Assembly: GCA_002419445.1 (NCBI GenBank)
Contig: DIGC01000073.1
Location: 1 to 42,381 of the forward strand
Reading direction: 5' to 3'
DNA: 42,381 bases
Source: Bacillales bacterium UBA5732
GTDB taxonomy: Bacteria; Bacillota_I; Bacilli_A; Izemoplasmatales; Hujiaoplasmataceae
Shown piece by piece: positions 19,025-26,583 of this stretch (its first letter is position 1; the number at the start of each line of letters is the position of its first letter). The notes under the pieces are model-generated. The model worked only from the letters and a program-made list of their open reading frames with translations, was not told where the DNA came from and did not search any database. The position numbers and the translations under genes are program-made.

Positions 19025-20113
19025 ATGAGGTGTTTAGAAAAAATTAAAGTTAACCTCGTTACTCATGAAGTTTTCAATAATACTACGTCACTCTATTATG
19101 AGATGGGAAAAAACCAGCTGTATGAAGATATCTTTCAAAAGAATCTTAGCTATATTAAGAATGAAGTAGCTAATCAAAATGCCGAGTATTTTTTCAAAAT
19201 CTTTTTTTCCGCCGATTTTCAAATTCGCGAAAATCGCTACCGAACATTATTGTTAGATTCCTCTGTCGCTAACAATAAGGCAGAACAATTGTACAAAAAC
19301 CTAATTATGATTTTTCGCAGAATACATGTCGAAAACATTGAACCATTTAATCTGCATTTAGGCGAAATCAATGATTTGTTTAACTTATTGTTTATCGGCG
19401 TGTTAAGTAAAGAAAAACTAAAGTACCGTAAATTCGGCAAAAAGAAAGGGATGTTTTTATCCGAATCTTTTTCGATGCGTGAGGAACTAGAAAAATACTT
19501 AGAAGAACTTAAATCAGTAAACAAGGATAAAGTTATCGAACCGATTTTTCTATACTTGAACTTCATGGTTGATTTTATCAATATGGAAGTTTTCGAAATG
19601 CCATATAACGAAAGTTTAGGAGTACTAATTTTCTATATTTTAATGGTAGAAAATCATTTTAAAGCAGCTAATTACCTATCATTCTTTCAAAGATTAAATC
19701 TTTATAAAGTCGATTATCAAGAAATTTTTAATCGTATCAGCATTCAAAGCAAACAAGGCGTTCCTGATTTGATGCCTTTAATGAATTTTTTCATTAATAT
19801 TTTTAATGGTTTTTATGTGGAACTTAAGGAAGTTTCGAGGGACTATCAATACGATGAAGATTTGTCAATAAACAAAACAGACTATATCGAGAACACAATT
19901 AATAAATTACCTGATGTCTTTTCCAAAGAAGATATTCGCGCTAAACATCCTTCTATCTCCGATTCAACGATTAACCGAACTTTAAAACGGTTATCAGACG
20001 CTAATATCATCAGAGCTATTAATGTTGGTCGAAATGCTAAATGGGTAAAAATTATCAAAAAAGAAGCCAAACAGAAATTTGAAGGACAAATCAAGATGAA
20101 TTTAGGTGAATAA
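19025..20113 (+). CDS. Fic/DOC-like protein with a degenerate active-site motif and a C-terminal winged HTH
   Basis: AGGAGGA at 19011-19017 favours ATG at 19025 over 19019. The helix pattern PIFLYLNFMVDFINMEVFEMPYNESLGVLIFYIL aligns by eye to P...H..F..IHPFxDGNGRxxRxL, with all catalytic residues replaced. The C-terminal ISDSTINRTLKRLSDANIIRAINVGRNAKWVKI looks like a Fic-type wHTH. Confidence 0.45.
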   Translation: MRCLEKIKVNLVTHEVFNNTTSLYYEMGKNQLYEDIFQKNLSYIKNEVANQNAEYFFKIFFSADFQIRENRYRTLLLDSSVANNKAEQLYKNLIMIFRRIHVENIEPFNLHLGEINDLFNLLFIGVLSKEKLKYRKFGKKKGMFLSESFSMREELEKYLEELKSVNKDKVIEPIFLYLNFMVDFINMEVFEMPYNESLGVLIFYILMVENHFKAANYLSFFQRLNLYKVDYQEIFNRISIQSKQGVPDLMPLMNFFINIFNGFYVELKEVSRDYQYDEDLSINKTDYIENTINKLPDVFSKEDIRAKHPSISDSTINRTLKRLSDANIIRAINVGRNAKWVKIIKKEAKQKFEGQIKMNLGE

Positions 20114-20114
20114 C

Positions 20115-20936
20115 ATGGATGATTACATTAAAAGCCTTGTAAAAAACGCTATTAACGAAGATATTCCCAAAATTGATGTCTCTAGCGAGTATCTATTTAG
20201 CAATGAACAATCTACCGGTGAATTTATCGCTAAAGAAGATGGCATTATCTCGGGAATAAACGTTTGCCGGGAAGTCTTCTATCAAATAGACAAAGATACA
20301 GAATTCAAGGTTTTAAAGTATGATGGTGCGGTTGTAAAAAAGGGCGAAATAATCGCCACCGTTTCAGGGTTGACTAAATCAATCTTAAAAGCCGAACGAG
20401 TCGGTCTGAATTTTCTGCAAAGAATGTCTGGTATAGCGACGATGACTAGAATGTTTGTTGAGGAAATCAAGGGATTTGATACGGAAATACTGGATACAAG
20501 AAAAACCACACCTTTATTGAGAATTCTTGAAAAAAAAGCGGTTCGAGATGGCGGGGGAACGAATCACCGATTCAATCTCTCGGAGATGGTCATGTTAAAA
20601 GACAATCATTTAAAAGCCGCAAATTCGATAGTGGAAGCAGTAGAAAAGGTTAGAAACGCCATTGGTAAAAACTACAAAATTGAAGTTGAAGTTGAAAGTA
20701 TTGAACAGTTTAAAGAGGCATTATCGAGTGATTGCGACATTATTATGTTAGACAACATGACTAATGAAATGATGAGAGAATGCGTTATTATCAATAATAA
20801 GATTAAAAAAATTGAAGCTAGCGGAAATATGACTCTAGAAAGAGTCAGATCAGTAGCTGAAGTTGGCGTTGATTATATCAGTGTTGGCGGACTGACACAT
20901 TCATATAAATCAATGGATATATCGCTTAAATTTTAA
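20115..20936 (+). CDS. nadC: Nicotinate-nucleotide (quinolinate) pyrophosphorylase
   Basis: TRKTTPLLR..EKKAVRDGGGTNHRFNLSEMVMLKDNH and a C-terminal ISVGGLTHS. ATG at 20115 follows AGGTGA; the track GTG at 20106 overlaps the previous stop. Confidence 0.88.
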   Translation: MDDYIKSLVKNAINEDIPKIDVSSEYLFSNEQSTGEFIAKEDGIISGINVCREVFYQIDKDTEFKVLKYDGAVVKKGEIIATVSGLTKSILKAERVGLNFLQRMSGIATMTRMFVEEIKGFDTEILDTRKTTPLLRILEKKAVRDGGGTNHRFNLSEMVMLKDNHLKAANSIVEAVEKVRNAIGKNYKIEVEVESIEQFKEALSSDCDIIMLDNMTNEMMRECVIINNKIKKIEASGNMTLERVRSVAEVGVDYISVGGLTHSYKSMDISLKF

Positions 20937-20944
20937 CTAGGGAA

Positions 20945-23044
20945 TTGGGGTTGTTGAGTTTGATTAAGAGTAAATACGTTTGGGAATTACAAGCACAAGG
21001 AATTGTCAGTGATACGGAGATTTTTAAAACCTTATTAAAAAATCGCAATATCTCTGATTATGAGTCTTTTTTCTCAATGGGAAAAGAACGACTCCACAAT
21101 CCTTACTTGTTGGAACACATGGAAGTAGCTGTAGAAAGAATTAAAAAAGCAATTTTGAAAAAAGAGAAAATTATGATTTTTGGCGATTATGATTGTGATG
21201 GCATTAGTGCTATTGCCGTCTTATATCGTTCATTAAAGAAAGCTAATGCCTTAGTTGAATATGATTTACCCGATCGCTTTAATGAAGGTTACGGCTTGAA
21301 TGACAGAGCCGTTAGTGAAATCATAAAAACTGGCGTTAAACTGGTTATCACTGTCGATAATGGCATTACTTGCGCTAATGAAGTTAAACGACTTCAAGAC
21401 GAGTTGATTGACGTAATCGTAACTGATCATCATGAACCCAGTGAAATTCTACCTGATGCTTTTTGTATTATTCATCCCAAATTAAGTCCAAACTATCCAT
21501 TTCCGGAAATTGCTGGAGTTATGGTCGCTTATAAATTAGCATCGGCGCTTTTAGACGATGATCTCGACGACCTGCTGGATTTAGTTATGGTTGGAACGAT
21601 TGCTGATTTGATGCCTTTAGAAGACGAAAATCAAGCCATGGTCAATTTAGGTATTGAAAGAATAAAAAACACCAAAAATATCGGTTTAAAAAAATTAATC
21701 GAATTCAGCAATTTAGAGATTATAAATGTCACAGCCATCGCTTTTAAAATCGCTCCTAAAATTAATAGCAGCGGTAGATTAAATAAAGCCAAAGCAGCAA
21801 TTGAACTATTAATTACCGATGATATAAGACAAGCAAATGATCTGATTTTAGAAATTGAAAAGAATCATGATTTACGAAAAAAACTGACAGAAGACGCTTT
21901 TTTAATTTGTGAAGAACTGGTTGATCCAAACGATTCAGTGATTGTTGTTGCCTCTGATAAACTCCATGAAGGCGTAATTGGAATCTGTGCCCAAAGAATT
22001 GTTGAAAAATATCAAAAATCAACAATAGTCATCACAATTGATGAAGATTATAAAGGTAAAGGCTCAGCGAGATCTTATGGAGATGCCAACATTTTAGAAA
22101 TGCTTAATGAAAACGCGGAATATCTAGATAGATACGGAGGTCATTCTCAGGCGGCTGGACTACAAATTGATCTAGCGAACTTGGAAATCTTTAAACAACG
22201 ATTAAACGCCAAAGAAATCAAAGTATCAAAACCGATAATAAAAGCTGATTTGGAAGTCTATTTACCTGATGTTAAGATTGAGACTATAAAGAATATCCAA
22301 GATAAATCTTTCTTTACTGCATCTTATGTGTTAAGAGATTTACGAGTGCTAAGAAAACAAATTCTTAATGACAAACACACTAAATTACAGTTAGAAATCG
22401 ACGGTTATTTAATAGATGCTCTTGACTTCAATAATTTAGAGTTTTATTATAATCTTAATTCTGGAGATATTATAGATGTTTGTGGCGGTTTGAATGTGAA
22501 TTCTTATCGCAATCGTGACAGTTTGCAAATAATGATTAAAGATATCGAGTGCCAAGATGTGCAAATCTTTGATTATCGAAAATCCGGTGAAAAAATTATT
22601 CCTTATCTTAGAGAAAACGCGATTATTTATAATGACACCTTTATCATCGAAGAGGATAATTTTATTGATAAATTCCGAGAAAATAAAACCGTTGTTCTTT
22701 TACCTAAAGACAAAAAGCATAATTTGAATTTATTGATCGATCGCAAAGAGTTGGGTAAAGTCTACCTTTATTTTGAAAAACTAAACCATTTTTCTCTAGA
22801 TGATTTAAATTTCAATCTCTTTTCTGAATTTGTTTATCTTAAAGCCTTGAAAATATTCACTGAATTAGGTTTAATTGAAGGAAGTAATAATATCTATCAA
22901 GTTAAATCAAAATCATTAAAGACGGAATTAAATGCTTCGTCTAGCTATCGAAAATTAATTGATAAATTCCAACACATGTCTTTTATCTATTCTAGTGATA
23001 TAAATACTATCAATGCCTATTTCAGGCAATTATTGGAGGAATAA
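20945..23044 (+). CDS. recJ: Single-stranded-DNA-specific exonuclease RecJ
   Basis: DHH motifs (FGDYDCDGIS, VDNGI, TDHH) and DHHA1 GGHSQAAG. The start codon among several TTGs (20945-20960) is uncertain. Confidence 0.88.
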   Translation: MGLLSLIKSKYVWELQAQGIVSDTEIFKTLLKNRNISDYESFFSMGKERLHNPYLLEHMEVAVERIKKAILKKEKIMIFGDYDCDGISAIAVLYRSLKKANALVEYDLPDRFNEGYGLNDRAVSEIIKTGVKLVITVDNGITCANEVKRLQDELIDVIVTDHHEPSEILPDAFCIIHPKLSPNYPFPEIAGVMVAYKLASALLDDDLDDLLDLVMVGTIADLMPLEDENQAMVNLGIERIKNTKNIGLKKLIEFSNLEIINVTAIAFKIAPKINSSGRLNKAKAAIELLITDDIRQANDLILEIEKNHDLRKKLTEDAFLICEELVDPNDSVIVVASDKLHEGVIGICAQRIVEKYQKSTIVITIDEDYKGKGSARSYGDANILEMLNENAEYLDRYGGHSQAAGLQIDLANLEIFKQRLNAKEIKVSKPIIKADLEVYLPDVKIETIKNIQDKSFFTASYVLRDLRVLRKQILNDKHTKLQLEIDGYLIDALDFNNLEFYYNLNSGDIIDVCGGLNVNSYRNRDSLQIMIKDIECQDVQIFDYRKSGEKIIPYLRENAIIYNDTFIIEEDNFIDKFRENKTVVLLPKDKKHNLNLLIDRKELGKVYLYFEKLNHFSLDDLNFNLFSEFVYLKALKIFTELGLIEGSNNIYQVKSKSLKTELNASSSYRKLIDKFQHMSFIYSSDINTINAYFRQLLEE

Positions 23045-23046
23045 TT

Positions 23047-23559
23047 ATGAAATATACAGACTATATTACAAATGTACCTGATTTTCCAATACCGGGTATT
23101 CAATTTAAAGATATCACACCTTTGATTGGGAATGGTGAAGCATTTCACCAAGCAATCAATGAATTAACCAACTTTTCTCGAGGATTGAATGCCAATAAAG
23201 TTATCGGACCGGACGCCAGAGGTTTCATCATTGGCGCACCTGTAGCTTATGCCTTGAATGCAGGGTTTATTCCGGTAAGAAAACCGGGAAAACTACCTAG
23301 AGACGTTATTACTTATGATTATGAACTTGAATACGGAAAAAACACTCTATGTATGCACAAAGACGCGATTAAACCTGGAGATCGCGTGGTAATCATCGAT
23401 GATCTTTTAGCTACTGGCGGGACGATGGAAGCGACGATAAAACTAGTTGAAGCTGCTGGTGGAAAAGTTGTCGGGTTAGGTTTTATGATTGAATTAGTTG
23501 ATTTAAAAGGTAGAGAAAAAGTTGCTGGATATCCAATCAAAGTATTAATTGAGTATTAA
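23047..23559 (+). CDS. apt: Adenine phosphoribosyltransferase
   Basis: FKDITPL and the PRPP loop VVIIDDLLATGGT; 170 aa. recJ-apt-relA synteny. Confidence 0.95.
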   Translation: MKYTDYITNVPDFPIPGIQFKDITPLIGNGEAFHQAINELTNFSRGLNANKVIGPDARGFIIGAPVAYALNAGFIPVRKPGKLPRDVITYDYELEYGKNTLCMHKDAIKPGDRVVIIDDLLATGGTMEATIKLVEAAGGKVVGLGFMIELVDLKGREKVAGYPIKVLIEY

Positions 23560-23569
23560 GGAGGCCGTT

Positions 23570-25741
23570 GTGGCTGAAACTGATTATTTTAAACCCTTAT
23601 TGAAGGAGATATCTAAATATATTTCCCAACCAAAGCACCTTGATTTTGTGAGGAGCGCTTTTGACTATGCTGATTCAAAACACAGCGGTCAATTAAGAAA
23701 ATCAGGCGAACCATTTATTGTCCATCCTCGCGATGTAGCCATAACTTTGGCAGAATATCAAGTCGACCCTAATACCTTGGCTTCCGGATTGCTTCATGAT
23801 ATTTTAGAAGATACTGATACCACTTATGATGAGATAAAAGAACTGTTTGGTGAAGAAGTTGCTGACATTGTCGAAGGTTTGACGAAATTAGATCAATTGC
23901 AATACCAAACGTCAAAAGCTGCTCAACAAGTTAAGAACCACCAAAAAATGGTTCTTGCGATGGCTAGAGACATTAGAGTAATTTTCGTGAAACTTGCTGA
24001 CCGTCTAAATAATATGCGAACATTGTCTTTTTTAGATGACGAAAGACGAACTAGAATATCTCGAGAAACCCTAGATGTCTTTGCTCCGATTGCCCATCGG
24101 TTGGGGATGTATCGCTTAAAAGCCGAATTAGAAGACTTATCATTTAAGTTTCTTTACCCATTTGAATATCAAAAGATAGCGAGACTATTACGCGATAAAA
24201 AAGGCAATCGCGAAGCTGATGTTGAAGCGATGGAAAGCGCATTAAATAAGTTATTAACCGAAGAAAATTTTGAATTTGACATTAAGGGTAGAATAAAAAA
24301 CATTCACTCTGTATATAATAAAATGAAAGTTAAGAGAATCGATTTTGAAGAGATTCATGATCTTTTAGCTTTAAGAATAGTTGTCAACTCAATCAGTGAT
24401 TGTTACAAGGCAATAGGTATCGTACACTCCAGATTTATCCCTGTTCCTGGTCGTTTTAAAGACTATATTGCTATGCCAAAGCCAAATATGTATCAGTCTT
24501 TACATACCACCGTTGTAAATAAAGGAAAAATCTTTGAAATCCAAATTAGAACCAAAGAAATGGATGAGATTGCGGAAAAAGGGGTTGCTGCACACTGGGC
24601 ATATAAAGAAAGCCGAGGCATGAGCTCAAGAAAGAATATCGAGGATATTGTTTCTTCTAAATTAAGATGGTATTCAGAATTAATTAAATATACTGAAGAA
24701 AACGATTCTGACGAAGAAATATTGGACATCTTTACTGATGATATTTTAAAAGCAAATGTTTATGTCTTTACACCAAAGGGAGAAATCATTGACTTGACTG
24801 CTGGTGCGACACCGTTGGATTTCGCATTTAGAATTCATACTAAAGTCGGTGAAAAGACGGTCGGTGCGATTGTAAATGGTAAAATTAGGCCGCTTGATTA
24901 CACATTAAAAACTGGTGATTTAGTTGAAATTAAAACCTCGCCAAACTCAGTAGGACCTAATGACAACTGGCTTAAAATAGCTAAAACCTCTAATGCAAGA
25001 AGTAAAATAAAAAACTTCTTAAATAAACAAAGAAGAGAATTTTTGATTGAAAAAGGCAAGGAAGAATTAGATCGTGAAATCAGTTCTAAACATTTAACTT
25101 TAACCGTTACCGATAAAGAAGCTATTAAATTCTTTGAAAATAAAGGAGTTAAGTCTTTAGAAGATTTGTATTATGAGATTGGTAAAAATGTAATTTCGCC
25201 TCTCGGTGCGATAAATATTATTATCGGAAAACCGGAAATTACAGAACAAGATCTTATAGAGAAATACTCAAAAGAACAAGAAAAGAAGAAACAATATCTG
25301 CATTCTGATATAAATATTATTGTTGAAGGCTTAGATAAACCTTCTGTCAAATTAGGTAATTGTTGCAGCCCGATTCTTGGTGATGAAATTCTTGGTTACA
25401 TTACAAGGAATTCAGGAATAGTAGTTCATCGCAAAGAATGCCGCAATCTTGAAACCTTTGACCCTAATCGATTGATTGATGTTTTTTGGGGTAATAATTT
25501 AACAAAAAGATATTTGACTAACTTAAAAATCAATGTTTTAAACAGGGATAATATTTTGGCTGAAATTATCAATGCCGGTACTTCGTCTAAAGCGAAAATT
25601 GTCCAAGTCTCTGCGCAATCGAATGATATTAAAGAAGGTATCATCAGAATGAAAATTGAGATTGGCAGTGTTTTGGAATTAGATAATGTTGTCGTAAATA
25701 TTCAAAAAGTTAAAAACGTCTATTCAATTGAGAGGATTTGA
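23570..25741 (+). CDS. relA: Bifunctional (p)ppGpp synthetase/hydrolase Rel
   Basis: HD hydrolase (HDILEDT), synthetase domain (YKSLHT-like MYQSLHTTV), TGS and ACT regions. AAGGAGG at 23558-23564 favours GTG at 23570 over the track TTG at 23549. Confidence 0.92.
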   Translation: MAETDYFKPLLKEISKYISQPKHLDFVRSAFDYADSKHSGQLRKSGEPFIVHPRDVAITLAEYQVDPNTLASGLLHDILEDTDTTYDEIKELFGEEVADIVEGLTKLDQLQYQTSKAAQQVKNHQKMVLAMARDIRVIFVKLADRLNNMRTLSFLDDERRTRISRETLDVFAPIAHRLGMYRLKAELEDLSFKFLYPFEYQKIARLLRDKKGNREADVEAMESALNKLLTEENFEFDIKGRIKNIHSVYNKMKVKRIDFEEIHDLLALRIVVNSISDCYKAIGIVHSRFIPVPGRFKDYIAMPKPNMYQSLHTTVVNKGKIFEIQIRTKEMDEIAEKGVAAHWAYKESRGMSSRKNIEDIVSSKLRWYSELIKYTEENDSDEEILDIFTDDILKANVYVFTPKGEIIDLTAGATPLDFAFRIHTKVGEKTVGAIVNGKIRPLDYTLKTGDLVEIKTSPNSVGPNDNWLKIAKTSNARSKIKNFLNKQRREFLIEKGKEELDREISSKHLTLTVTDKEAIKFFENKGVKSLEDLYYEIGKNVISPLGAINIIIGKPEITEQDLIEKYSKEQEKKKQYLHSDINIIVEGLDKPSVKLGNCCSPILGDEILGYITRNSGIVVHRKECRNLETFDPNRLIDVFWGNNLTKRYLTNLKINVLNRDNILAEIINAGTSSKAKIVQVSAQSNDIKEGIIRMKIEIGSVLELDNVVVNIQKVKNVYSIERI

Positions 25742-25745
25742 AAAG

Positions 25746-26192
25746 ATGAAAGTAGTAGTTCAAAGAGTCTCTCATGCTGAAGTAGCTGTGAACAACATTT
25801 TGGTGTCAAAAATTGATCAAGGGTATTTGCTTTTGGTGGGTTTCACTCAAGGTGATAGTCTTAAACAGATAGAATATGTAGCCAGAAAAATTGCTAGATT
25901 AAGGGTTTTTGAAGACAATCAAGGGTTAATGAATTTAGCGATTGATGAAGTAAAAGGTAAAATCCTTTCCATCTCTCAATTCACAGTTTACGGTGATGTT
26001 ATTAATAGTAATCGTCCAAGTTTTACCAAAGCATTAAATTATCAGGAAGCTAATGAATTATATTTAAAATTTAATGAAATCTTACGAAATGAATACAGTT
26101 TGGAAGTCTTAGAGGGTCTTTTTGGCCAAAGTATGCAAGTTTCCTTAATAAATGATGGCCCAGTAACGATTATTATCGAAAAGAATGATTAA
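25746..26192 (+). CDS. dtd: D-aminoacyl-tRNA deacylase
   Basis: MKVVVQRV start, SQFTLY-like SQFTVYGD, and NDGPVT. ATG at 25746; the track start at 25728 overlaps relA. Confidence 0.92.
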   Translation: MKVVVQRVSHAEVAVNNILVSKIDQGYLLLVGFTQGDSLKQIEYVARKIARLRVFEDNQGLMNLAIDEVKGKILSISQFTVYGDVINSNRPSFTKALNYQEANELYLKFNEILRNEYSLEVLEGLFGQSMQVSLINDGPVTIIIEKND

Positions 26193-26198
26193 ACTCAT

Positions 26199-26227
26199 TT
26201 GACTATCTAAACAAAAAATAATATAAT
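26199..26227 (+). promoter_or_regulatory. Perfect consensus sigma-A promoter (TTGACT-17-TATAAT) of the acp gene
   Basis: TTGACT at 26199-26204, a 17-nt spacer, and TATAAT at 26222-26227. AGGAGG at 26244-26249. Confidence 0.75.
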
Positions 26228-26254
26228 TAGAATATATAAAATCAGGAGGAAATT

Positions 26255-26515
26255 ATGGAAAAGAAAGAAAAAGTTTTTGCTAAGATAAAAGAAATGATTA
26301 TCCAAGAATTAGGCGTTAAACCCGAACTAGTAGTTTTAGATGCTGGCCTAGCTGAAGATTTTGGTGCTGATTCACTTGATGCACTAGAATTATTTAATCA
26401 AATAGAAAGCGAGTTCTTAATCACGATTTCTGATGAAGCTGCAACAGAAATGAGAGACGTCAAGGACTTAGTTGAGTATGTTACAAACCAAGTAAGCGAT
26501 AGCTACTTTGAATAA
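26255..26515 (+). CDS. acpP: Acyl carrier protein
   Basis: 86 aa. EDFGADSLDALELFNQIESEF matches the AcpP phosphopantetheine-attachment region (DSL serine). Confidence 0.88.
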   Translation: MEKKEKVFAKIKEMIIQELGVKPELVVLDAGLAEDFGADSLDALELFNQIESEFLITISDEAATEMRDVKDLVEYVTNQVSDSYFE

Positions 26516-26535
26516 TGTAGTTTTCTTGCTTGAAA

Positions 26536-26565
26536 GCGTCGTCCTTATTAAAAGGGCGACTTTTT
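26536..26565 (+). terminator. Rho-independent terminator after acp
   Basis: GTCGTCC-N9-GGGCGAC stem (one G-U pair) followed by TTTTT at 26561-26565. Confidence 0.6.
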
Positions 26566-26583
26566 AAAAAGGAGCATAAGGTA

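Noticed and set aside
19237-19581. The longest antisense ORF (114 aa), opposite the Fic-like gene
   Set aside because: It has no Shine-Dalgarno sequence and a serine/leucine/lysine-rich low-complexity translation. The sense-strand ORF is three times longer and has a recognisable wHTH. I could not exclude it completely because the sense gene is itself poorly characterised.
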